Shown here in pieces: positions 46,124 through 56,028 of a stretch of 64,000 nt of DNA. Position 1 is the stretch's first letter. The number at the start of each line of letters is the position of its first letter. Source of the stretch: Bacillota bacterium (GTDB lineage Bacteria > Bacillota > Clostridia > Acetivibrionales > JAEXSP01); the NCBI GenBank assembly GCA_023453795.1, contig JAEXSP010000017.1:6655-70654 (forward strand), written 5' to 3'. Made by a program: the position numbers and the translations under genes. Below the pieces are notes generated by a model. The model made no database searches. It had not been told where the DNA came from and was given only the letters and a program-made list of their open reading frames with translations.

Positions 46124-47473
46124 TTATTCCGATCTCATAGCCTCCAGAGAGCTGAGTCTCATTGCACGTATTGCCGGATATAGGCCTGCCATTAACCCTA
46201 TCATTGTAGCAAACAGGATTGAGGAAGCTGAAAGCCAGACAGGTATTACCGATATGCTTCCCTGTCCGTCTGTTATGGGCAATATGCCTCCCATCTGTGA
46301 TGGATCGGACTTAAGATGGTTGAGTATATAGGAAGCTGCGAAGCTCAGGCCCACACCCGCAAGACCGCCGAGGAAACCGATGAGGCCTGCTTCCCAAAGA
46401 AATATCTTTCTTATATCGGAAAGGAGGCATCCGATGACCTTCATTATTCCTATTTCACGGGTTCTTTCATAAATTGACATAATCATAGTGTTTGTTATGC
46501 CAAGTGCCGCTACCAAAAAGGAAACGGCTCCGATGCCGCCAAGTACTGCCTGCATCGTCTTTGAAGTCTTCTGCATTGAACTGCGGATGCTTGCGAGACT
46601 GTATGCACCGAACTTCATGTCTTTTATCTTTTTTTGAACTTCATCTACTTTATCTATATCTTTGACCTTTACCATTGCCCTTTGGTAACCGTCTGTATTG
46701 TAGGCAGTGCTGTTCTTTAGCTGTTTTGCATTGTCAGCCATCAAGGTCTTTAATTGATTGATGTCCATATATATGGAATAGTCTTTTTCATCTTTGGATT
46801 CTGCGAGTATGCCGACGCCTTTTGCCTTATACAACTTGGGAGGCTTGTTGCTGTCCGTACCTGCAGGCATTCCGGGTACTTTTTTTTCTCCATAGCTCAT
46901 ATCAAAGGTTAATTGAATTTTATCCTTCAGAACATCAACAGAAGGAGGCCCCCCTCCTCCATACATTGCTTTAGGGTTATAGAACTGCTGAGGGACATAG
47001 AAGCCGAAAATCATACCGTTGGTATCGCCTTCTTCCGGCAGCCTTCCGTTTGAGGTTATAAAATCCATTGCTTTCATTGCTTTCAAATCCATACCGATAA
47101 TATTTCCGTAGCACATATATTTGCCTGAAATGACCTTTAGGCCTGTTTGAAATATTGGGGTAACAGCTTCAACCCCTTCAATTTCCGACATTGCCAAAAT
47201 AGCCTTGTCATCCAGCTTTGTTTGTGTAGCCTGGACAGAGCCGCCGTCTTTGGCATTATCAGGTACGTAGTAGGGGTCGACATTGATTATGTTGAGGCTT
47301 CCCAATGAGCTTACCTGTTTTTTAAAGCTTTCATCCATGCCAATGCCGAGGGACAGCATTACTACAATCGATGCCGTGCCTATGATTACCCCCATTATTG
47401 TAAGAAGGGTTCTTACCTTTCTTCTCCAAAGGTTTTTTAAAGCGAGGATAACTATATCAAAGAATCTCATCAA
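46124..47473 (-). CDS. ABC transporter permease, MacB/FtsX type
   Basis: One N-terminal TM, a large extracytoplasmic domain and a C-terminal FtsX-like three-helix bundle. Its start overlaps the upstream gene by 17 nt. Confidence 0.85.
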   Translation of the reverse strand: MMRFFDIVILALKNLWRRKVRTLLTIMGVIIGTASIVVMLSLGIGMDESFKKQVSSLGSLNIINVDPYYVPDNAKDGGSVQATQTKLDDKAILAMSEIEGVEAVTPIFQTGLKVISGKYMCYGNIIGMDLKAMKAMDFITSNGRLPEEGDTNGMIFGFYVPQQFYNPKAMYGGGGPPSVDVLKDKIQLTFDMSYGEKKVPGMPAGTDSNKPPKLYKAKGVGILAESKDEKDYSIYMDINQLKTLMADNAKQLKNSTAYNTDGYQRAMVKVKDIDKVDEVQKKIKDMKFGAYSLASIRSSMQKTSKTMQAVLGGIGAVSFLVAALGITNTMIMSIYERTREIGIMKVIGCLLSDIRKIFLWEAGLIGFLGGLAGVGLSFAASYILNHLKSDPSQMGGILPITDGQGSISVIPVWLSASSILFATMIGLMAGLYPAIRAMRLSSLEAMRSE

Positions 47474-49871
47474 GCATCATCTCCAATTTTCTTTTTTTTC
47501 TTTTGCGGAGAATTACTATAACGACGATAGCTGCAACCAGTCCTGCTCCGATGAGTATGACCTGCAGAAGGCTTAAAGGACCAAGGAATTTTTTCGAGTC
47601 CTTCTTTTGGTCTTCAGGGTTTAGCTGCTCCATTCCTTCCATTTTATCAGGCATTTGCATCTGGACTACATTAAGGGTAAAATCCTTCTTTACAACGGTC
47701 TGCTTTCCGGAAGCGTCTTCATATGTAAAAACAATGCTTCCCTTTGCCTGACCAGGTGCTTTGGGTGTTACGGCCCCATCGAATGAATCGCTCTTGCCTG
47801 CTTCAAAATTCCCGACATAGTAACTTGGTTTTTGTCCGTCGAAATCTCCTTCGACCTTAACCATAAGGTTGTAGAGGGTTGTCTTGCCCATATTGTAGAA
47901 CTGGAGATTCAAGGGAGCCTGCTGTCCGGCATAAGCTTCGGGTGAAGTATTAAGATCCCCTATAACAAACCGCAGGTCCTGACCGATCGGAATGCTTATG
48001 GTTTCCTTACTTGTATACTGCACCCCGTTCTTATCCTCGTATTCAAAATTGATGGACAAGGGGTAAGCCTTCGGTGCGGCATCAGGCTTTGCACTCAGCT
48101 TTATGCTCTTTTCCATGCTTTGCTTCGGGTCAAGGTAATCGATATAGAAGGAATTGCTTCCGAATATCGAAAAGGTTCCGTCATCTGATATAAAAGTGAT
48201 TTTCAGGTTGCGGATCGGGATATCCCTGCTGGTATTCATGAAAGATAAAAGGACATCAAAGGTCTCACCCGCATTTTTAATTGAGCCGCCGAAATTATAG
48301 CTGTTAATTATTAATCTCGGTACTGTTTTTACTGCTTCCTTTTTTTCCGGAGACTGGATATAAACACCTGCATATCCGGATATAGAATTACGTATTGTTT
48401 TTCCTTCATGAACCGAATCATATTCAAGCGTTATTCCGATAGGATAATTCTTGGAGGCTGCATCCGATACGGAGCTTAAATCGAATTCCAAATTCTTTTC
48501 CGTCTTGCCCTCCATGGAATTAATAACGATCGTGTTTAAGGATTTTGGAATAATCTCTTTGTCACAGGATAATAAAACCTTGATGTTTTTTGCCGAGGCT
48601 TTGCTCAGGTTGGATATTTTGACTCCAATCTTGAATTTAGAGCCTGCCGGTATGATGTCAGTCGGTGCTTCAATAGGCTCCATTGTCAACAGAGCTTCAT
48701 CCTGTAAAGGCTTTTCAACACGCAGGTAGAATTGGTTGTCCTCCGAATATGTTTTACCGTCGGAAGATGAATAATCCAACCTGACAGATAGAGGATACCT
48801 GCCTGTACTGATGTTATCTGAGGCTTCGAGGGTATATTTTGCCGAAACCGTTTCAGAACCTTTCAGGTCTTTAAGGTGTTGTACATCGGTTGTGTGTGAA
48901 AGAGTAAATGTATTGTTGTCCAGACCTTTGATTGTTGTCTTTACATCACAGGCCTTCATTGTCCCTGTATTCTTGAGCACGATGGTAGCTGCTACAGTAC
49001 TTCCGGGGACTACAGGCTGCGATGAAATAATTACACGGCTTACTACGACCCGAGGGGCGGTATTGTTATTGACTATTTTCACAAAAATAGTGTCTGAGCC
49101 TGTCATTTCATCGTTATAACTGTTAGTGTAAGAAAAATTGAATTTGAGATTATAATCTCCGCTCACAGCTGTTTCGGATACAAGCAGATCAAAGGATACG
49201 GATTTTGTCTCATTAGAGCCTATTTGGTCGATCGTCTTCTGGAAGTTCATCTTGCCTGCGTTGAAAGGAAATCTGGAGAGATCTGAAGCATCCAGTGATA
49301 CTTTGACATTTTTGGCGGCATATGAACTGCTGTTATTAACCGGAACAGTGATAGTCATTTTTTCGCCTGCTGTTCCCTGGGGAGTATCATTATCGCCGAC
49401 TATGTTCAAAACCGGCTTGTATTTGGTGGTGTCGACAGGAGCAGGCTTTGTTGCATCTTCGGGGTTGGCTTCTTTAACATAAAGACTGAGTGCAACAGTT
49501 TTCGAGCCCCCGTTAGTGTATTTCAAAGTAAAATTTAACTCTTTGCCTGTACCCTTGTATTTTAGTACCAGTACTTTGTTTGCAGGATTTATGGCGGTGT
49601 TGTCGAGGTAAACGCCATCCGAAGGATAGAAGGAGGAGTCCTGATCAAGTATAATACCATCGATGCCGGTTACTGAAGGAATAGTATCAAAGGCTAAATT
49701 GATTTTAAACTCCTGATCTTTTGAAATACTCGAAATAGGATTGTTCTGTCTATCTGTTACATAATAGCTTTTTACAGAAATATCTCCGGTTGCCGCTGAA
49801 ACATTACCCATAGCGAACACCTGCGGCACCACAAAAATAAAAATCATTATAATTCCTAAAAGCTTACGCAT
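47457..49871 (-). CDS. Exported 804-aa protein of repeated beta-sandwich (CARDB/NEW3/S-layer-like) modules with a C-terminal TM anchor
   Basis: Signal peptide MRKLLGIIMIFIFVVPQVFAMG. There are repeated modules of about 100 aa of the type N.S...AKN.KV.L. The C-terminus is ILIGAGLVAAIVVIVILRKRKKRK. GGGGG RBS. Confidence 0.7.
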   Translation of the reverse strand: MRKLLGIIMIFIFVVPQVFAMGNVSAATGDISVKSYYVTDRQNNPISSISKDQEFKINLAFDTIPSVTGIDGIILDQDSSFYPSDGVYLDNTAINPANKVLVLKYKGTGKELNFTLKYTNGGSKTVALSLYVKEANPEDATKPAPVDTTKYKPVLNIVGDNDTPQGTAGEKMTITVPVNNSSSYAAKNVKVSLDASDLSRFPFNAGKMNFQKTIDQIGSNETKSVSFDLLVSETAVSGDYNLKFNFSYTNSYNDEMTGSDTIFVKIVNNNTAPRVVVSRVIISSQPVVPGSTVAATIVLKNTGTMKACDVKTTIKGLDNNTFTLSHTTDVQHLKDLKGSETVSAKYTLEASDNISTGRYPLSVRLDYSSSDGKTYSEDNQFYLRVEKPLQDEALLTMEPIEAPTDIIPAGSKFKIGVKISNLSKASAKNIKVLLSCDKEIIPKSLNTIVINSMEGKTEKNLEFDLSSVSDAASKNYPIGITLEYDSVHEGKTIRNSISGYAGVYIQSPEKKEAVKTVPRLIINSYNFGGSIKNAGETFDVLLSFMNTSRDIPIRNLKITFISDDGTFSIFGSNSFYIDYLDPKQSMEKSIKLSAKPDAAPKAYPLSINFEYEDKNGVQYTSKETISIPIGQDLRFVIGDLNTSPEAYAGQQAPLNLQFYNMGKTTLYNLMVKVEGDFDGQKPSYYVGNFEAGKSDSFDGAVTPKAPGQAKGSIVFTYEDASGKQTVVKKDFTLNVVQMQMPDKMEGMEQLNPEDQKKDSKKFLGPLSLLQVILIGAGLVAAIVVIVILRKRKKRKLEMMLDEIL

Positions 49872-50577
49872 TTACAATACCCCCAAACTTTTCATTAGTC
49901 TCTATGCTTTCGATTTTTCCGTCTATTATATGTATTATCCTATCTGCATACCTCGATATCTCAATATCATGAGTAACAATTACAAGTGTCTGTTTGTTCT
50001 TCCTTGCCATTTCAGTTATAAGGGTCATAACCTCCTTTGTGGTTTTGGAATCCAAATTTCCGGTGGGTTCATCTGCGAAAACTATGGCGGGCTTGCTGAT
50101 AAAAGCTCTCGCTATTCCCACCCTCTGCTGCTGACCGCCGCTCATTTGCGAAGGCTTGTGTCTTAAATGCTTCCCAAGTCCGACGGCAGCTAAGAGAGCT
50201 TTTGCCCTTTTATCCCTGAAACCTTTTGGAATACCCCTGAAGGTAAGAGGCAGGGATACATTTTCAAGAGCGGTCATTGCCTGCATCAGATTATATGATT
50301 GGAATACAAAACCTACGAACTTCTGCCTGAACCTTGTAAGCTTCTTTTCACTAAGATTTTCGATATTTACTCCCATTATTCTGATCTGCCCTCTGCTGGG
50401 TTTTTCTAGCCCGGCCATTAAGTTTAAAAGCGTGGACTTGCCTGAGCCGGATGTACCCAGAAAACAGCAGAATTCACCTCTAGGGATTGAGAGGTCTATG
50501 TTTTGCAATGCTATAACTCTTTCGTTTCCAATCCGATAGACCTTGCTAACATTCTTTATTTCTATTGCAGTCTCCAA
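49864..50577 (-). CDS. ABC transporter ATP-binding protein (MacB/LolD type)
   Basis: Walker A GTSGSGKST, signature MSGGQQQR and Walker B VFADEPTG. I prefer the TTG start at 50577 (RBS GGGGG, giving METAIEIKNVSKVY). The track extension to 50760 has no coding character. Confidence 0.9.
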   Translation of the reverse strand: METAIEIKNVSKVYRIGNERVIALQNIDLSIPRGEFCCFLGTSGSGKSTLLNLMAGLEKPSRGQIRIMGVNIENLSEKKLTRFRQKFVGFVFQSYNLMQAMTALENVSLPLTFRGIPKGFRDKRAKALLAAVGLGKHLRHKPSQMSGGQQQRVGIARAFISKPAIVFADEPTGNLDSKTTKEVMTLITEMARKNKQTLVIVTHDIEISRYADRIIHIIDGKIESIETNEKFGGIVNA

Positions 50578-50895
50578 ACGGATACCCCCTAATGATGTTA
50601 ATGGCAAATAATAAACCACATTATTAATTTTACCGATTACCTGATTAAAAAAGGTTACAACTTTATTAAGAATTATTAAAGGAAGGCAGTAATTATAACA
50701 GTTTATAACAAAGATTACCTGAAATATATTTGACCTGATTTTAGATTGTATACAAAACACATATTAAGGTGTTTGGAAGGGCCATAAAATGGGTTTTGAT
50801 TGAATTTTTAAATTAAACATGTGCAAAAAAAGCTATAAAATAAAGTAAGCAAATGTTAAACTAATCTGATGAGTAAATTTATATATACGGTTTTA

Positions 50896-50924
50896 TTGAC
50901 TTATTACCTGGTTCTAACTATAAT
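50896..50924 (+). promoter_or_regulatory. Candidate sigma-A promoter of the ech operon
   Basis: TTGACT (50896..50901), a 17-nt spacer, then TATAAT (50919..50924). Confidence 0.5.
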
Positions 50925-50956
50925 TGATTAGGGTATTTCCCGAATTATAATAAATT

Positions 50957-50991
50957 TTTGAACAAAGGCGTTCAAAGAACGGTTTTTTTTT
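50957..50991 (+). promoter_or_regulatory. Leader palindrome overlapping a terminator-like hairpin with a T9 run
   Basis: TTTGAAC-aaaggc-GTTCAAA (50957..50976) overlaps CGTTC-aaa-GAACG (50969..50981), which is followed by G and nine T. Confidence 0.35.
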
Positions 50992-51075
50992 GAGTTTTTC
51001 TGGAAAAATCTTCATATTAATTCCCTGCAAAGGGTCATTTATAAATAGCTTTATTATTTGAAAGGAGCAGATGCT

Positions 51076-53052
51076 GTGGAAAAGGTATTTTTGGCGATAG
51101 CCATTCTATTGCCTGCGTTCAGCGCTATACTTTGTTACATTATCAGAAAACCCGCAGTACGTACTGTGATTGTTGTATTTACAACATTGATCATGTTTGG
51201 TGTAGCCGGCGGATTCACAAATCTCCTGTTAGAGAACGGGGGTAAATTAACAATTGAATTTAGTGAGGGTGTGGAGTTAAGTATAGGGTGGATTATCAAG
51301 TTCCTTGATTTGGCCCTTCTCCTGTATATTCTGTATATAGGAATTAAACTTAAGAAATTCATCGTTATCGCCTTGACACTGATTCAAATGATTCCATTAG
51401 TATTGTTTGAATTATTTGGTTCTATAAAGGAACCTGAGGCAGCGTTTGTTATAGATTACCTGTCCTTAATAATGATACTTCTGGTTTCGATCATAGGGCC
51501 GATCATTACTGTATTTGCACTCGGTTACATGAGGGATCATGAGCATCATCAGGGCTTAAGAAAGTCCAAACAGCCAAGATTTTTCATGATACTTTTTATT
51601 TTCCTTGGTGCAATGAATGCGCTTGTTATGACAAATAACCTTATGTGGATGTATTTCTTCTGGGAAGTAACCACACTCTGCTCGTTCCTTCTGATTTCAC
51701 ATGACGGTAATACGCAGGCTGTTAAAAACGCTGTTCGAGCATTGTGGATAAATTCGACCGGGGGAGTTGCCTTCCTGGGTGCTATAATGCTTATTTATAA
51801 AGAAGTGGGATCTATTGGGGTGGATGAGATCGTTAGCTACTGTCAGAATTCGATAACAGGGGTTGTCGCAGTCGGCCCGGGATTGCTGCTCATAGGCTTG
51901 AGCTTACTTTGCTTCGCAGGGTTTACCAAATCGGCTCAATTCCCGTTCCAAAGCTGGCTTCTGGGGGCAATGGTTGCACCGACTCCGGTATCGGCTTTAC
52001 TTCACTCAAGTACAATGGTTAAAGCAGGTGTTTACCTTGTAGTCAGAATGGCTCCTGCTTTCAGCGGAACAATGCTTGCAAAAGTAGTTGCGGTTGTAGG
52101 TGGATTCACATTTGTGGCCGGATCTGCAATTGCGATCAGCCAGAGCAACGGTAAAAGAGTTCTGGCATATTCTACGATTGCAAACCTTGGTTTGATTGTT
52201 TGTTGTGCAGGGATAGGTTCCAATATTGCGATAGGGGCGGCAATACTTCTTATGGTATTCCATGCCGTATCTAAAGGATTGCTCTTCCTTTGCGTCGGAA
52301 CAATCGAACATGGAATCGGAAGCCGTGACATCGAGGATATGCAGGGCCTCATGAAGAGGATGCCTTTTACGGCAGTAATAACTGTAATCGGTATGATATC
52401 AATGCTTCTCCCGCCATTCGGTGTTCTGATAACAAAATGGCTTGCAATAGAGGCTTCGGTGCATTCACCGGTGGTTCTTATATGTATAATACTCGGAAGT
52501 GCCTTTACAGTAGTTTTCTGGGCAAAGTGGATAGGAATAATTTTGACAATGTCCTACAAAAATAAATATAATATCGAAAAGCTTCCGTTCTCGGTCAAAG
52601 GCTCACTCTCCATAATGCTTGTAGGTGTTCTGGCAGCGAGCATAGGTGTAGTACCCTTGTACAATACCTTTGTTAAACCGCAGATAGATGCTTTTGGAAT
52701 AAGCGGAAATGTGAAAATGAAGGGTGATCTGCTTGGACTGTGGATGGACGGCAGTAAGAGCTTTGGCGGATTCGCATTCTTGCTTTTCTTTGCTGTAGTG
52801 TTTGTATTAATGCTTCTGATTCCTATATTCTTAAAGGGAACAAAGCCTGAAAAGATTAAAAAGCCTTACTTGTGCGGAGAAAATAATGATGATATAAGAG
52901 GGATTGAATTTGTCAGTGTTTCGGATAAACTCAATAATGTAGTTGTTCACAACTATTATCTATCAGGTATTTTTGGCGAGGAAAAACTTACACTCTGGAC
53001 AAATCTTGTTGCAGGGGCGATAATTCTAATAATGTTCGGGGTGGTGATATAA
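51076..53052 (+). CDS. echA: Ech hydrogenase subunit A (NuoL/antiporter-like membrane subunit)
   Basis: About 660-aa polytopic protein with NuoL-like blocks (WEVTTLCSFLLI, SALLHSSTMVKAGVYL). GTG start at 51076, 8 nt after AAAGGAG; the track start at 51058 is a TTG. Confidence 0.85.
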   Translation: MEKVFLAIAILLPAFSAILCYIIRKPAVRTVIVVFTTLIMFGVAGGFTNLLLENGGKLTIEFSEGVELSIGWIIKFLDLALLLYILYIGIKLKKFIVIALTLIQMIPLVLFELFGSIKEPEAAFVIDYLSLIMILLVSIIGPIITVFALGYMRDHEHHQGLRKSKQPRFFMILFIFLGAMNALVMTNNLMWMYFFWEVTTLCSFLLISHDGNTQAVKNAVRALWINSTGGVAFLGAIMLIYKEVGSIGVDEIVSYCQNSITGVVAVGPGLLLIGLSLLCFAGFTKSAQFPFQSWLLGAMVAPTPVSALLHSSTMVKAGVYLVVRMAPAFSGTMLAKVVAVVGGFTFVAGSAIAISQSNGKRVLAYSTIANLGLIVCCAGIGSNIAIGAAILLMVFHAVSKGLLFLCVGTIEHGIGSRDIEDMQGLMKRMPFTAVITVIGMISMLLPPFGVLITKWLAIEASVHSPVVLICIILGSAFTVVFWAKWIGIILTMSYKNKYNIEKLPFSVKGSLSIMLVGVLAASIGVVPLYNTFVKPQIDAFGISGNVKMKGDLLGLWMDGSKSFGGFAFLLFFAVVFVLMLLIPIFLKGTKPEKIKKPYLCGENNDDIRGIEFVSVSDKLNNVVVHNYYLSGIFGEEKLTLWTNLVAGAIILIMFGVVI

Positions 53053-53053
53053 A

Positions 53054-53920
53054 ATGTTTGATTCAACTATTTTACAAAATATTCTGATTGCAGTAATCGC
53101 AATAGTTGTAGCGCCTATTTTGGGCGGGTTGATAAGCGGTATTGACAGGAAGATTTCTGCCAGACTGCAAAACAGGTATGGCCCTCCGATAACACAACCA
53201 TTTTATGACTTTTTTAAGCTAATGGGTAAACAAAGGATCACTGTAAATCAGACGCAAATGGTATATGTCATTGGACATCTATTCTTCACGATTACAAGTA
53301 TTGTTATGCTTGTTCTTAAGCAGGATCTGCTGATGCTTACTTTCGTTATGGCATTCTCGGCAATCTCGCTGATAATGGGTGCAATGAGCGTACGTTCGCC
53401 ATACAGCAAAATAGGGGCTCAGAGAGAAATAATCCAGATGATGGCTTATGAACCTGTACTGCTTCTTATGGTTGTCGGTGTATACCTCGCTACGAAGAGC
53501 TTCATGATTGAAAGCATATTCAGCCACAAACAACCTTTGCTGTACGATCTGCCGCTGGTATTTATAGCTTTCCTGTATATACTGACTATAAAGCTGAGAA
53601 AATCACCATTTGACTTCTCAACGTCACATCATGGCCACCAGGAATTGATAAAAGGTTTAACAACCGAATTTTCAGGGCCTCAGTTGGCTATAATAGAATT
53701 GACTCACTGGTACGAGCTTGTTTTGCTCATGGGCTTCATAACCCTGTTCTTTGCAAAACCGTTATGGATCGGAATCTTAATAGCAATAGTATGCTATTTC
53801 CTTGAAATCGTTATAGACAACATATGTGCGAGGGTTACTTGGAGATGGATGCTGAAAGCGACATGGCTGGTAGGAATCGGAGCCGCAATGACCAATATTG
53901 TATGGCTCTATCTGAAATAA
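53054..53920 (+). CDS. echB: Ech hydrogenase subunit B (NuoH-like membrane subunit)
   Basis: 288 aa with the NuoH-like block DRKISARLQNRYGPP. It starts 1 nt after the echA stop. Confidence 0.88.
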   Translation: MFDSTILQNILIAVIAIVVAPILGGLISGIDRKISARLQNRYGPPITQPFYDFFKLMGKQRITVNQTQMVYVIGHLFFTITSIVMLVLKQDLLMLTFVMAFSAISLIMGAMSVRSPYSKIGAQREIIQMMAYEPVLLLMVVGVYLATKSFMIESIFSHKQPLLYDLPLVFIAFLYILTIKLRKSPFDFSTSHHGHQELIKGLTTEFSGPQLAIIELTHWYELVLLMGFITLFFAKPLWIGILIAIVCYFLEIVIDNICARVTWRWMLKATWLVGIGAAMTNIVWLYLK

Positions 53921-53932
53921 GGAGTGTGGACG

Positions 53933-54379
53933 ATGGGTATTATAAATAAATCCAGAATAAAATCCCCTTGGGTTATACATTATGACTGTACCAGCTGCAA
54001 CGGATGTGATATTGAAACATTGGCATGCCTTACGCCGCTGTATGACGTAGAGCGTTTCGGAATTATAAATGTCGGTAACCCAAAGCATGCCGATGTACTT
54101 GTTGTCACAGGATCAGTCAATAAAAGGAATGTAAGGGTGCTTAAAAACCTTTACGATCAGATGCCTGATCCAAAGGCTGTTGTAGCTGTCGGAGCTTGTG
54201 CATGTACCGGCGGGATATTTAAGGACTGCTACAATGTATTAGGCGGAGTTGATCAGGTTCTTCCTGTAGATGTTTATGTACCAGGATGCTGTGCAAGGCC
54301 GGAAGCTATAATTGACGGTATTGTGATGGCGATGGCTAAGCTTCAGGAAAAGGCTAAAAAACAAGAATCTGCCAAATAA
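53933..54379 (+). CDS. echC: Ech hydrogenase small subunit C (NuoB-like, [4Fe-4S])
   Basis: Cys ligands in CTSCNGCDIE, GACACTGG and PGCCARPE. I prefer the ATG at 53933, 9 nt after the GGAG RBS. Confidence 0.9.
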   Translation: MGIINKSRIKSPWVIHYDCTSCNGCDIETLACLTPLYDVERFGIINVGNPKHADVLVVTGSVNKRNVRVLKNLYDQMPDPKAVVAVGACACTGGIFKDCYNVLGGVDQVLPVDVYVPGCCARPEAIIDGIVMAMAKLQEKAKKQESAK

Positions 54380-54459
54380 TGCGGTAATAGTTCGACTGAA
54401 TAGATTTTAGCAAGGCTTGAATGCGGAGATATGCGTTAAGCTCTTAGTAGGAGGGTAAG

Positions 54460-54837
54460 ATGATAGAAAACCTTTTTGAAATAACAAAGGATCAGCTTCT
54501 GAATGAAGTCCAGAATATGATGTACGACAATTACAGATTTGTTACCGCTACCTGTGTTGATACGGGTGATGAACATATCGATGTAACATATCATTTCGAT
54601 AAGGATCTTCAATTGAAAAACTACAGGATAAGAGTCGAAAGAGGAGAAGAAGTACCAAGCATCTCGAAGATTTATCTTTGTGCGATACTTGTAGAAAATG
54701 AGATGAAAGAGCTCTTTGGACTGAATATTACAAATATAGCGATAGACTACGGCGGACATATGCTTTTGGCCGATGAAGATCTTGTAAATCCTATGGCAAA
54801 GCAGCAAATAGTAATTGTACAGAAGGGGGAGAAATAA
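54460..54837 (+). CDS. echD: Ech hydrogenase subunit D (short NuoC-like)
   Basis: 125 aa, sitting between the small and large subunits as in echABCDEF. A NuoC-like ENEMKELFG block is present. Confidence 0.8.
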   Translation: MIENLFEITKDQLLNEVQNMMYDNYRFVTATCVDTGDEHIDVTYHFDKDLQLKNYRIRVERGEEVPSISKIYLCAILVENEMKELFGLNITNIAIDYGGHMLLADEDLVNPMAKQQIVIVQKGEK

Positions 54838-54838
54838 G

Positions 54839-55915
54839 ATGTCAAATACAGTAATACCTTTCGGGCCGCAGCATCCGGTTCTGCCTGAACCCCTTCATTT
54901 GAAACTGGTAATGCAGGACGAAATAATAGTAGAAGCCATACCTGCAATCGGATATGTTCACAGGGGACTTGAAAAGCTTACCGAAACCAAGGAATTTACG
55001 CAGAATGTGTTTGTAGTCGAAAGAATCTGCGGAATATGCAGTATGATGCATGCAATGGCATACTGCCAGGGCATGGAAGCAATGATGAATGTAGAGATTC
55101 CTGACAGAGCAAAATATCTGAGGGTTATTTGGGCGGAATTGCACAGGATTCACAGCCATCTGCTGTGGCTTGGACTTTTAGCCGATGCTTTCGGATTTGA
55201 AAGCCTTTTCATGCAGGTTTGGAGAGACAGGGAAAAGATCATGGATATTATGGAAGAGACTGCAGGAGCGAGGGTAATTATATCTGTCAATACTATTGGC
55301 GGAACCCGCCGCGATTTGACAAAAGACAGCATGATCAAAATATCTGTTATCATAGATGAGATTAAGGAAGACCTTATGAGGGTTGAAAAGACCTTCTTCA
55401 ATGACTATACAGTTAAGCACAGACTTGTAGGCGTAGGCACCCTTACAAAGGAACAGGCATATACCTTCGGTGCTGTAGGACCGATGGCAAGAGCCAGCGG
55501 AATAGCACAGGACTTTAGAACAACCGGATATGCTGCTTACGGTGCTCTTGATTTTGAACCTGTTGTTGAAAATGACGGGGACTGCTATGCAAGGACGGTA
55601 GTAAGGCTTAAAGAGGTATATCAGTCAATCAGATTGATTAAACAAGCCATTGCCTTGATACCTGACGGTGAAATCAGCGTGCCTGTTAAGGGGAATCCTA
55701 ACGGAGAAGTTATCTCCAGGGTTGAGCAGCCAAGGGGAGAGGTTCTCTACTATATGAAGGCGAACGGTACAAAGAATCTGGATAGGTTAAGAGTGAGGAC
55801 ACCAACTTTTGCAAATATTCCAACACTCCTTCAGATGCTTCCGGGAAGCCAGCTTGCAGATGTACCGGTACTGATCCTGACAGTGGATCCGTGCATCAGC
55901 TGCACAGAGCGCTAA
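54839..55915 (+). CDS. echE: Ech [NiFe] hydrogenase large subunit E (NuoD-like)
   Basis: N-terminal Ni-binding RICGICSMMH and C-terminal DPCISCTER, which ends the protein with no C-terminal extension. ATG at 54839 after GGGGGAG. Confidence 0.95.
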   Translation: MSNTVIPFGPQHPVLPEPLHLKLVMQDEIIVEAIPAIGYVHRGLEKLTETKEFTQNVFVVERICGICSMMHAMAYCQGMEAMMNVEIPDRAKYLRVIWAELHRIHSHLLWLGLLADAFGFESLFMQVWRDREKIMDIMEETAGARVIISVNTIGGTRRDLTKDSMIKISVIIDEIKEDLMRVEKTFFNDYTVKHRLVGVGTLTKEQAYTFGAVGPMARASGIAQDFRTTGYAAYGALDFEPVVENDGDCYARTVVRLKEVYQSIRLIKQAIALIPDGEISVPVKGNPNGEVISRVEQPRGEVLYYMKANGTKNLDRLRVRTPTFANIPTLLQMLPGSQLADVPVLILTVDPCISCTER

Positions 55916-56000
55916 AGCGCAGTTTACAGTATATTTTTATGTTATTAATGTGCGGGCAGCAATTGAAATTTGGCGGAGGGTTAAAAATCGGGTTTGTCTT

Positions 56001-56028
56001 TTAACTGTCAACTTTCAACTGTCAACTG
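56001..56028 (+). repeat. Four tandem heptamers T(T/C)AACT(G/T) in the echE-echF spacer
   Basis: TTAACTG TCAACTT TCAACTG TCAACTG read directly. They end 7 nt before the echF RBS GGAGG. Confidence 0.9.

Noticed and set aside
50578-50760. N-terminal 61-aa extension of the ABC ATPase ORF in the track
   Set aside because: The extension has no coding character (MFCIQSKIRSNIFQVIFVINCYNYC…). A TTG with a GGGGG RBS at 50577 yields a canonical protein of about 237 aa.
50957-50976. Calling the ech-leader palindrome (and the PFOR palindrome at 26385..26403) Rex boxes
   Set aside because: The half-sites and spacing (TTTGAAC-N6-GTTCAAA and ACATGAA-N5-TTCATGT) do not match the Rex consensus TTGTGAA/TTGTTAA-N-TTCACAA/TTAACAA as I remember it. 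I report them only as unassigned palindromes.
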